The notes under the pieces were generated by a model that was not told the origin of the DNA, ran no database searches, and saw only the letters and a program-made list of their open reading frames with translations. Below are positions 27,727 to 35,921 of a stretch of 64,000 nucleotides of DNA, piece after piece. The first letter of the stretch is position 1; the number at the start of each line of letters is the position of its first letter. Both the position numbers and the translations under genes were made by a program. This DNA comes from Minisyncoccota bacterium. GTDB taxonomy: Bacteria > Patescibacteriota > Minisyncoccia > Phycocordibacterales > PALSA-1337. The stretch spans positions 73,086 through 137,085 of the forward strand of contig JBAYFZ010000001.1 of assembly GCA_041666915.1 (NCBI GenBank). The letters run 5' to 3'.

Positions 27727-28170
27727 ATGAACATAACAATAATCTCCCCGGGAAAACCAAAAAATTATCTAGGTGAAGATGTTGTTTTGGAGTATACGTC
27801 ACGCATTGCTCATTATTCTCCAATTGAATGGAAATTTATATCGCCATCGGATATGAAGGAAGAAGGTGAGAAAATGATGAAAATTATTCCTGACAATTCC
27901 TACGTAGTTTTACTTGATGAAAAAGGGAAGTCACTTGATTCTATAGGTTTCTCTGAATTTATAGGTAAGCGTCTGAATGAAAGTGTAAAAAACTTAGTTT
28001 TTATAATTGGTGGTGCCTACGGCATTGATGATAAGGTCAAAGAAAAAGCCAATTTTTCCATATCACTTTCGGCACTCGTTTTTCCACATGAACTTGCAAG
28101 GAGTATTTTATCGGAGCAGATATATAGAGGTTTTACGATACTCAAAGGTGAGAAATATCACCATAAGTAG
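27727..28170 (+). CDS. rlmH: 23S rRNA (pseudouridine1915-N3)-methyltransferase RlmH (SPOUT)
   Basis: LVFIIGGAYGIDDKVKEKANFSISLSALVFPHELARSILSEQIYRGFTILKGEKYHH matches the RlmH C-terminal knot region. Confidence 0.85.
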   Translation: MNITIISPGKPKNYLGEDVVLEYTSRIAHYSPIEWKFISPSDMKEEGEKMMKIIPDNSYVVLLDEKGKSLDSIGFSEFIGKRLNESVKNLVFIIGGAYGIDDKVKEKANFSISLSALVFPHELARSILSEQIYRGFTILKGEKYHHK

Positions 28171-28218
28171 GCGAGTAGCAATATTGAACTAACCCTTTTC
28201 TGTAAATTCAAACTTCAT

Positions 28219-28247
28219 AAAATGTGACGGATTTTCCGTCACATTTT
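28219..28247. terminator. bidirectional terminator-like palindrome AAAATGTGACGGATTTTCCGTCACATTTT
   Basis: Perfect 11-bp stem with an A-tract before and a T-tract after. A near-identical sequence recurs at 42129-42158. Confidence 0.5.
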
Positions 28248-28343
28248 CATAAGTTGTTTAAGTAGAAAAGTGCTCTGGTTTAGGCTCGGGTTTTTCTTTT
28301 TGAAACATGATATTATTTAATAAAGTTTTAAATTTCTATTTAA

Positions 28344-29009
28344 ATGAAGACAAATGATTTTAGTCCAATTCCTCGTGATTTCTCAGAGATTTTCTTGATT
28401 GTTGTTAACCTGTTACCTTTGTTTGGTGTATGGTTTTTGGGTTGGAATTTACCAGATGTATTTATTTTGTATTGGGCTGAGAGTGCTATTATAGGTTTCT
28501 TTTGGTTTTTTAAATTAATTTGTGCATTTATTTTAGATAAGACTAAGTTTAAACGGTTTCCTAAGTTATTTTTGTTTTTCTTATTTCTCTTAATACATTT
28601 TGGCGGTTTTATGTTCGGCCATTTGATTGCTATACTTTCCGGTTTGATATTTAAAGGCAAAGGAGTTGAACTTAGTGTGATGTTTATTTATTTTAAAGAC
28701 ACTATAATAACACTCTTAATACCGCTTGCACTTCTTTTTATAAGTCATGGAGTATCCTTTGTGCAAAATTTTATCTTGAGTCAAGAATATAAGGTGTGGA
28801 TAGAAAGACAAGATAAAATTAAATCGATTCCTCCGTATGGCAGAATCATAATAATGCACATATCGGTATTTTTGATCGCGTTTTTAATGAACGCAGGTGA
28901 AGTATGGTTACCACTTTCATCGTTATTAATAATTTTTACAAAGATTTTTACGGATTTGAGAGCGCATAGAAAAGAACATCAAAAAGTAATACGACAAGGA
29001 ACAATTTAA
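28344..29009 (+). CDS. polytopic membrane protein (about 6 TM), unknown function
   Basis: 221-aa highly hydrophobic ORF. Confidence 0.5.
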   Translation: MKTNDFSPIPRDFSEIFLIVVNLLPLFGVWFLGWNLPDVFILYWAESAIIGFFWFFKLICAFILDKTKFKRFPKLFLFFLFLLIHFGGFMFGHLIAILSGLIFKGKGVELSVMFIYFKDTIITLLIPLALLFISHGVSFVQNFILSQEYKVWIERQDKIKSIPPYGRIIIMHISVFLIAFLMNAGEVWLPLSSLLIIFTKIFTDLRAHRKEHQKVIRQGTI

Positions 29010-29479
29010 TACAAAAAAAGACCGACCTGTAAGGATCGGTCAATTCGGAGCAGGGGGATCTAGTTTAGGCTTATCACAAACGTCCTGTTTCTGGGAATAT
29101 TTGAGACGGATTTGTGCAGTATGACTCCGGCCGGAAGACATAATACACTTGGGATAATCGGGCCACTTAACTCGGAATTGACCAGCCTTCTGGTCAACTG
29201 TTTGATTTATATCAGAATATTTCTATCCTGACATCATCCTATTCTTCGCAAAACAATAGTCCCGCCTCGCTTTAGCGAAATCGGAATAACTGTAGAATAG
29301 AATTAAGCGGTCATTTCACCTGATGTTGGAGATTTCCCACGACACCTCTTTTGCACGTTTTGCATTCGCACAGGTAAGGGGTTTAGCCTGTTCTCTTTTT
29401 AAAGGAGAATCGAATAATCTTTGTTCAAAGAACCATCCTGCCAATGGTTAGTATATCTACGACTTATTTTTTGTCAATA

Positions 29480-29884
29480 TTACCTCCAAGCTCCAATAAT
29501 AGCCCCGCCAATAGTGAGAACCACCAAGTTGTTGATGGCATCTATGAGAACTAGAGTGAATGATTCTCTTTTCCAAAGAAGTCCAGAAAGTAAAGATGGA
29601 ATGACAAAACCTAGCCAGACCAATAATCCCAAGAAGGCACCATCGGTGGAACTTCTAACACTGGCCATACTGATAAGAAAAGCCAAGACCGAGAAAGTGA
29701 TGAGGGTAATGAAGAATTGAGCGATGTATGATTTCCAAACAGTTTTTGGATTTATAGTTTTCATATCGGTACCGGATAGGGCAACCCATTCTTTACCGAA
29801 TAGTATAGGGGAGTACCAGAGTGAGCTTATGGCGAAACTTGCTAGAGAAGCGACTAATATTGGCAGATAATTTATAGGGTTCAT
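29480..29884 (-). CDS. membrane protein (4 TM), unknown function
   Basis: 134-aa hydrophobic ORF. The overlapping + strand ORF 29421-29720 is rejected. Confidence 0.5.
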   Translation of the reverse strand: MNPINYLPILVASLASFAISSLWYSPILFGKEWVALSGTDMKTINPKTVWKSYIAQFFITLITFSVLAFLISMASVRSSTDGAFLGLLVWLGFVIPSLLSGLLWKRESFTLVLIDAINNLVVLTIGGAIIGAWR

Positions 29885-29943
29885 GTTGGCTAATTTGCTA
29901 TATTATTTAGTATGTTAGAATGGTAGCATAACTTTTTATAAAA

Positions 29944-30447
29944 ATGAAAACAAATAAGGGTTCATCATCAGCTTTTATATTTATCATTGTAGGTATTATT
30001 GGCCTAGTCATTTTGACATATTACCTAGTATCAACAAAATCAGTACCAAGTTTTGATGATTATGTACAGCAAAATTCTAGTAAGCTCAGTACTATTTCAG
30101 TGGGAGCTCCAAATGGAACCATCAATACCTTTGTCGCTACAAGTTCAGATGATCAAGAACTGGGCTTAGGTGGACGCGATTCAATATCAAAACAAGAAGG
30201 TATGATTTTTGCATTTCCTGATTCTGCAAGTAGGGGATTTTGGATGCAAGATATGCTATTTCCGATTGATATAGTCTGGATTCGTGAAGACAAAACTGTC
30301 GCTAGTGTAACTTCCGGTATCGCAACTAGTACTTACCCAGATATTTTCTTTCCTACTGAACCAGTTATGTACGTACTAGAACTTAATGCTGGTTCTGCAA
30401 AAGATTTTGGTATCGCTACTGGAACTCCTCTTCAATTTGTGATCTAA
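29944..30447 (+). CDS. DUF192 (COG1430) domain protein with N-terminal TM
   Basis: GMIFAFPDSASRGFWMQDMLFPIDIVWIRED...YVLELNAGSAKDFGIATG matches the DUF192 pattern. Confidence 0.6.
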   Translation: MKTNKGSSSAFIFIIVGIIGLVILTYYLVSTKSVPSFDDYVQQNSSKLSTISVGAPNGTINTFVATSSDDQELGLGGRDSISKQEGMIFAFPDSASRGFWMQDMLFPIDIVWIREDKTVASVTSGIATSTYPDIFFPTEPVMYVLELNAGSAKDFGIATGTPLQFVI

Positions 30448-30668
30448 CTCACTATCCACAGTTTTTTTAAGTGAGACTTGGATGTACAATGATCTCAAGA
30501 ATCAAAAAATAATTTCTTCGGTCGATACGAAAAAATTATTGTTAGTTGTCAAAAAAATTATTAGCAGAGGAAAAGGTTAATCCTTTTCTTTCGTCGTCCC
30601 CGGAAGATTGTGTAAATAACAAAATTCTAGGTCGCCGGAATAAGTACGCAGCCGCCTGCGCACCAATT

Positions 30669-32993
30669 ATGCCCAAAAAGAAAAAAACAACCGCCAAAGG
30701 AGCGGTCAAGGCTCCTTCTGTCCCCACAATTATTAAAAGAGATGGTCGAATAGTGCCTTTTGATCTAGAAAAGATAGTTACTGCTACTTGGAAAGGTATG
30801 AATGCAGTCAATGAAGGTTCTTTGGAAGAAGCCAGAGTTGTCGCAAACCAAGTTTATGCTGAACTTATCCGCATCAAGAGGAAATTTAATAATTTCATTC
30901 CAACAGTTGAAGGTTGTCAGGATATAGTTGAGCAAGAACTCATGCGTGCTGACTATGTGAAGGCTGCAAAACATTACGTTTTGTATCGTGAAGAACGTGC
31001 AAGACTTCGTGCTGTAGGTTTTGAAGTTCCAGAACATGTTCGCAAGCTTGCTACCGATTCTCAAAAATATTTCCGTAATGCTTTGGGCGAATTTGTATAC
31101 TATCGTTCGTATTCAAGATGGATTGAAGCTGAAAATCGCCGTGAGACTTGGATAGAAACAGTCAATCGTTACGTTGAATTTATGAAAGTCAATCTAGGTG
31201 ACAAGCTCAAGGAAAGTGAATACAAAGAAGTTCGCGAGTCCATCCTCAATCAGCAAGCTATGCCATCAATGCGTTTACTTCAGTTCGCTGGTAAACCTGC
31301 TGCAACCACAAATGTCTGTGCTTACAACTGTTCTTTTATTGCTCCAGAATCATTCCAAGATTTGGCGGAGATTATGTACATTTCTATGTGTGGTACAGGA
31401 GCAGGTTGGTCAGTAGAGAGTACAAATGTAGAACGTTTTCCTCAGATTATGATGCAGACTGGAGAAAAATTACCTACACACGTTATTCCAGATAGTAAAG
31501 AAGGTTGGGCAGATTCTCTTGCTTTGGGTATGAAGACTTGGGCGTCTGGAAAAGATATAGAATTTGATTTTACACAACTACGACCAGAAGGTGCACGTCT
31601 CAAGACTATGGGTGGCAAATCATCTGGTCCGGCTCCTCTCATGAGACTTTTGGCTTTCTCACGTCAGATTATGTTTGCTCGTCAGGGACGCCGTCTACGC
31701 AACATAGACCTTCACGATATTATTTGTATGATCGGAGATTGCGTCGTTTCTGGAGGTGTACGAAGAAGTGCCATGATCTCTTTGTCAGATCTTGGTGATG
31801 AGCAGATTCGCGATGCAAAGAAAGGTGCTTTCTACATGACTCATCCTCATCGTATGCTCGCAAACAATTCTGCTGTTTATATGATCAAGCCAACCAACGA
31901 AGAATTTCTCAAAGAATGGATGGCACTTGTTGAGAGTCGTTCTGGAGAGCGTGGAATATTCAATCGTGGTTCATTGGCAAAGACTTTACCAGAACGTCGT
32001 ATCAAAGTTCTCAAAGAATACAAAGGGTATTTTGATCAAACAGGTAATCACATCATCGGTCCTATCGGTACAAACCCTTGCGGAGAGATCATTCTACAAT
32101 CAAAACAATTTTGTAATCTATCAGAGATTGTCGCTCGTGCCGAAGATACCGAAGCAACCCTCATAAAGAAAATGCGTATTGCAACGATTCTCGGTACTTA
32201 CCAAGCATCTCTCACAAATTTCCAATATCTTTCAAAAGAATGGAAAGAACATTGTGAAAAAGAGCGTCTTTTGGGAGTCTCTATCACTGGTCAATGGGAT
32301 TGTCCCGTTGTTCGCAAACCAGAAGTTATGCGCAAACTCAAGGCGGAGGCTATCAAGATTAACAAAGAATATTCAAAGCGTTTTGGTATCAACGAATCAA
32401 CCGCTATTACTTGCGTTAAACCTTCAGGTACTTTGTCTCAGACCGTAGATTGTTCATCAGGTATGCACCCAAGACATTCAAAGTATTACATTCGCCGTAT
32501 TCGTATTTCTGCCACTGACGCTCTATTCAAAATGCTTAGGGATCAGGGTGTACCACATTTTCCAGAAGTAGGACAATCTCCAGAGACAGCTACGACCTAC
32601 GTATTAGAATTCCCAGTCAAAGCTCCAAGTGGTTCTATATTCCGCGACGATCAGTCAGGTATAGAGCAGTTGGAATATTGGAAGATGGTCAAGGAAAATT
32701 ATACCGAACACAATCCTTCAGTTACTATTTCTGTTGGTAATGATGAATGGATCGCAGTTGCAAACTGGGTTTATGAAAATTGGGATATTTGCGGAGGTCT
32801 TTCATTCTTGCCTCGCGAAGATGCTGTTTACAAGCTTGCACCATATGAGTCTATTGATGAGAAGACTTACAAGGAATTGGCAAAGCGTATGGAACATGTG
32901 GATTATTCAAAGATCATTACTTATGAGAAGCAGAATGAGACGGATCTTAAAAAAGAACTAGCTTGCGCGTCGGGAGTTTGCGAAATTGTTTAA
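30669..32993 (+). CDS. nrdJ: adenosylcobalamin-dependent ribonucleotide reductase (class II, NrdJ)
   Basis: N-terminal IKRDGRIVPFDLEKI, catalytic TNPCGEI, C-terminal CASGVCEIV redox tail. ATG start at 30669 is preferred over the TTG-extended ORF from 30546. Confidence 0.8.
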   Translation: MPKKKKTTAKGAVKAPSVPTIIKRDGRIVPFDLEKIVTATWKGMNAVNEGSLEEARVVANQVYAELIRIKRKFNNFIPTVEGCQDIVEQELMRADYVKAAKHYVLYREERARLRAVGFEVPEHVRKLATDSQKYFRNALGEFVYYRSYSRWIEAENRRETWIETVNRYVEFMKVNLGDKLKESEYKEVRESILNQQAMPSMRLLQFAGKPAATTNVCAYNCSFIAPESFQDLAEIMYISMCGTGAGWSVESTNVERFPQIMMQTGEKLPTHVIPDSKEGWADSLALGMKTWASGKDIEFDFTQLRPEGARLKTMGGKSSGPAPLMRLLAFSRQIMFARQGRRLRNIDLHDIICMIGDCVVSGGVRRSAMISLSDLGDEQIRDAKKGAFYMTHPHRMLANNSAVYMIKPTNEEFLKEWMALVESRSGERGIFNRGSLAKTLPERRIKVLKEYKGYFDQTGNHIIGPIGTNPCGEIILQSKQFCNLSEIVARAEDTEATLIKKMRIATILGTYQASLTNFQYLSKEWKEHCEKERLLGVSITGQWDCPVVRKPEVMRKLKAEAIKINKEYSKRFGINESTAITCVKPSGTLSQTVDCSSGMHPRHSKYYIRRIRISATDALFKMLRDQGVPHFPEVGQSPETATTYVLEFPVKAPSGSIFRDDQSGIEQLEYWKMVKENYTEHNPSVTISVGNDEWIAVANWVYENWDICGGLSFLPREDAVYKLAPYESIDEKTYKELAKRMEHVDYSKIITYEKQNETDLKKELACASGVCEIV

Positions 32994-33009
32994 AACTTCC
33001 AAATTTGGC

Positions 33010-33145
33010 ACATTTTGTCGTCGCTTCGTTCGTCTTAAAATTTCTAATTTTTAATTACTAATTTCTAAGAAATGTTTAAATGTCTTGGAATTAGTAATTG
33101 GAATTTGGTCATTATTTAGAAATTAAAAATTAGTAATTAGAAATT
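33010..33145. promoter_or_regulatory. AT-rich intergenic region with three copies of an AATTAGTAATT motif (one inverted) and nested inverted repeats
   Basis: taattactaatttctaa ... ggaattagtaattggaatttgg ... aaattagtaattagaaattgg, immediately upstream of the 33165 gene. Confidence 0.4.
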
Positions 33146-33164
33146 GGTCAACTTCACTGCTTCT

Positions 33165-33644
33165 ATGAAAAAGAAGACATTAAAAAGTAAAAAATCTAAT
33201 AAGAAGAACAAGGAGATTGTCGTCGCTGTCAGTGGTGGTTTTGACCCTGTACACATAGGACATGTTCGTATGTTCAATGAAGCCAAGAAGTTGGGACATA
33301 GACTTGTGGTCATTCTCAACAATGACAATTGGTTGAAGGCCAAGAAAGGTTATGCCTTCATGAGTCAACATGAGAGAAAAGAGATAATTGAAGCTTTTGA
33401 ATCTGTTGATGAAGTAGTTATAACTTCGCACCCAGAAGATCCTGCTGACATGAGTGTTTGTGATGAACTTATAAACATCAAACCACACATTTTTGCCAAT
33501 GGTGGTGACCGAACAAATAAGAATGTTCCAGAAATTCCTGTCTGCGAAGAAATCGGTTGTGATATGATCTATAACATCGGTGAAGGTGGCAAAGTCCAAT
33601 CAAGTTCTTGGTTGGTAGGGAAGGTGAAGGGGAAGAAAAAGTAA
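33165..33644 (+). CDS. HIGH-motif nucleotidyltransferase (cytidylyl/adenylyltransferase-like) family protein
   Basis: VAVSGGFDPVHIGHVRMF (HxGH nucleotidyltransferase motif) in a 160-aa Rossmann-like protein. Start taken at MKKKT. Confidence 0.55.
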   Translation: MKKKTLKSKKSNKKNKEIVVAVSGGFDPVHIGHVRMFNEAKKLGHRLVVILNNDNWLKAKKGYAFMSQHERKEIIEAFESVDEVVITSHPEDPADMSVCDELINIKPHIFANGGDRTNKNVPEIPVCEEIGCDMIYNIGEGGKVQSSSWLVGKVKGKKK

Positions 33645-33726
33645 AATTTTGTAAAAAAAGTAGTTCCGACATAAAATTTTTCTGTTGAATAGTTCCCAAA
33701 ATATTTTTTTGGAGTAAAATTACGGG

Positions 33727-34350
33727 GTGAATAATATTGAATCAGTTAAAAAAGAGATTACTCTTCAAGCAATAGCAAATTCACTGGAGTTGATCACAAA
33801 GACTCTAGGTAATTTTGCTACCAAAAAGGATCTTACTGATTCTCAAGCGAATTTCATTACAAAGAAAGACCTGACTGATTCTCAGGTAAATTTCGCTACC
33901 AAGAAGGATCTTGAGGCTTTTGCTACAAAGAAAGACCTCGAAAGGTTTGCTACCAAGAAAGATCTTGAAACTTTCGCTACAAAGAAAGATCTTGAGAATT
34001 TTCCCACCAAGAAGGATTTGGCTGATTCTCTTGCAAATTTCGCTACCAAGAAAGATCTTGAAAGATTTGCTACAAAGAGTGATCTTGAAAGTCTTGCCGT
34101 CAAAACAGAAGCATCCTTTGCTCGTTTAGAGGATTTGATTGACGGTCTCGCTATCATGACAAAGACCGAACTTTTCAAAGTAGAACATAGGCTTTCTGAT
34201 AGGATTGATGAATTGGATAAAAAAGTTGATCGCAACCATACGTATTCGGTCAATCAGTTAGATTATATAATGACGCATTACGCTAGGAGACAAGAGTATG
34301 TACATTTTGATGGTCGTCTGAAGAAGATTGAAAGAAAGGTCTTTGCATGA
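33727..34350 (+). CDS. hypothetical protein with about ten tandem 11-residue repeats (FATKKDLExFxx)
   Basis: 33-nt periodic DNA repeat about 33820-34090. GTG start. C-terminal unique domain. Confidence 0.5.
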   Translation: MNNIESVKKEITLQAIANSLELITKTLGNFATKKDLTDSQANFITKKDLTDSQVNFATKKDLEAFATKKDLERFATKKDLETFATKKDLENFPTKKDLADSLANFATKKDLERFATKSDLESLAVKTEASFARLEDLIDGLAIMTKTELFKVEHRLSDRIDELDKKVDRNHTYSVNQLDYIMTHYARRQEYVHFDGRLKKIERKVFA

Positions 34351-34503
34351 TGGGGATATAATATTACTTACCCAGTTGTGTTGTATTGACAGATTGCACC
34401 ATTAACTGTATATTATTATGGTAGCCCTTTGATATTGATAGATGAACTATAAAACAAAATAAACTCGTGTCCGAAAGGATACTAATAAAGAAAGGTAGCA
34501 ACG

Positions 34504-35226
34504 ATGAAAAAACCATCGGTTGTATCAGTTGGTGAAAATCAGATTATTGAGGCATGTGTGACTTTGGTTACTAAAGCTACTCGTAAAGCGACCAGAGTAG
34601 CGATTCGTGGACTTATTGAGAGAGGCGTTCTTAACCGACAGAACATTGAGTATGTCCGAGCGCGTGGTAACGAGGTGGTCGCCAGGATCACTGTTCTCGT
34701 GAAAGAAAGGTTTGCCGAAATCGCTGAGGATACCGTCGTCACAATCCAAAGTTGCCTCAAACGCATCTTTGAAGGAAAAAAGATTGTCATCGCCAAAACG
34801 AGCGGGAAGGAAAATCTCGCTAACGCCAAGGATGTCTTCACAGGTTGGGTTGATCCAAACTTCGTGAACTACGGTTGTGACGTGGAAGATAAACCGACCG
34901 TTGAGACACCGGTAGAAGTGTTTGAGATGGTGGAGGATGGCGACTTCGCACGAATATTTGGTGGTTTTAACGTCAACCTCGATCAGTTGTGTTTATCACA
35001 ACACCAGATCAAGGAGTTTGTGAAGAATCACCGCGATAAACTCCGTACGGATGGTTATGCAACGTTCTTCCTGTTCAAAGTCGGCAAAAAGTTCTTCGTC
35101 GCGAACGTGTACTTCGATGACGCGGGGCGTCTCAAGGTCCGCGTGCACCGCTTCTCGCACGACTACGGCTGGGATGCCGCGAACCGTCATCGCGTCGTAG
35201 TCCCGCAACAGAAACTTGTAAGTTAG
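34504..35226 (+). CDS. hypothetical protein encoded by a GC-rich (roughly 50%) segment
   Basis: 240-aa ORF. Composition is clearly distinct from its neighbours. Followed by hairpins plus a T-run. Confidence 0.5.
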   Translation: MKKPSVVSVGENQIIEACVTLVTKATRKATRVAIRGLIERGVLNRQNIEYVRARGNEVVARITVLVKERFAEIAEDTVVTIQSCLKRIFEGKKIVIAKTSGKENLANAKDVFTGWVDPNFVNYGCDVEDKPTVETPVEVFEMVEDGDFARIFGGFNVNLDQLCLSQHQIKEFVKNHRDKLRTDGYATFFLFKVGKKFFVANVYFDDAGRLKVRVHRFSHDYGWDAANRHRVVVPQQKLVS

Positions 35227-35397
35227 TTTTGAACCTTTGTCCGCCAGCTGGCGGACTCAGTCCCTCTGACTCTTGTCATTTATTTTGGCAAATCAGAGGG
35301 ATTTTTTGTTGTTGGGATTACTCGTTGTCGGAATTGTATTTTAATTAGACCTATCAAATACTCATCTTGTCAAGCCTTTTGAGATATGCTAAACTAT

Positions 35398-35772
35398 CTT
35401 TAGTTGTACCAGACAACCGCGTTTTGCTTGGCGAAAGCTAGGTAGGATGAGGAAAGTCCGAACACTGGTCTAGAGAAATCTAGACAGCAAGTAGCGGGTA
35501 ATACCCGTCGGGTTAATAACCAGAGGTGCGAACAGAAACGCTGGATCCGAAAGGTGAAAGCTCCATCGCAAGGTGGATGAAGTTCATGGCAACATGAATA
35601 TGCAACGGCTAAATCCTTACTTCAGTGCAAGGTCGTGTTTCTTGGCTAACTTGCGAAAGCGAGTAAGTTGAGGAAAGAACCGCTTGATCCCGCACGTAAG
35701 TGCGAGACTAGATAAATGGTTGTCACTGATATGTTTACATATCAGAACAGAATTCGGCTTATGGTATGACCA
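35398..35772 (+). ncRNA. rnpB: RNase P RNA (bacterial type)
   Basis: P4 strands GAGGAAAGTCCGAACAC (35449-35465) and ACAGAATTCGGCTTAT (about 35745-35760), with co-variation relative to the E. coli GUCCGGG/CCCGGCU. GTACCAGACAAC-like P1/P2 start. AGGTGAAAGCTCC...GGTGGA region. Followed by a strong terminator. Confidence 0.75.
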
Positions 35773-35777
35773 AAATG

Positions 35778-35810
35778 AAAAACTCGCCCTTACCGGGCGA
35801 GTTTTTCTTT
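35778..35810 (+). terminator. rho-independent terminator (AAAAACTCGCCC..GGGCGAGTTTTT)
   Basis: Perfect GC stem with flanking A and T tracts. Confidence 0.7.
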
Positions 35811-35921
35811 GCAGAACATTGAAACTAGACATTGAAAAGTGGATTATCTGTGGATTAGTTGGTTTTATTTTTTATATTTCTGTTATAATGACAAGGTTAT
35901 AAATAATGCATTACACATCTT

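Noticed and set aside
29020-29475. tmRNA (ssrA) assignment for the ORF-free structured region
   Set aside because: No tRNA-like T-arm (GGTTCGAATCC-type) with a CCA-proximal acceptor pairing and no plausible tag reading frame ending in a typical ...AA stop were found. Only a weak AATAGTC/GCTTTAGC resemblance was seen.
29421-29720. Plus-strand 99-aa ORF
   Set aside because: It overlaps the more convincing minus-strand 4-TM membrane protein (29480-29884) and begins in the ORF-free ncRNA-candidate region.
30546-30668. TTG-initiated 41-codon N-terminal extension of nrdJ
   Set aside because: The extension is non-conserved low-complexity sequence. The canonical RNR N-terminus begins at the ATG at 30669. 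It is kept as part of a possible leader.
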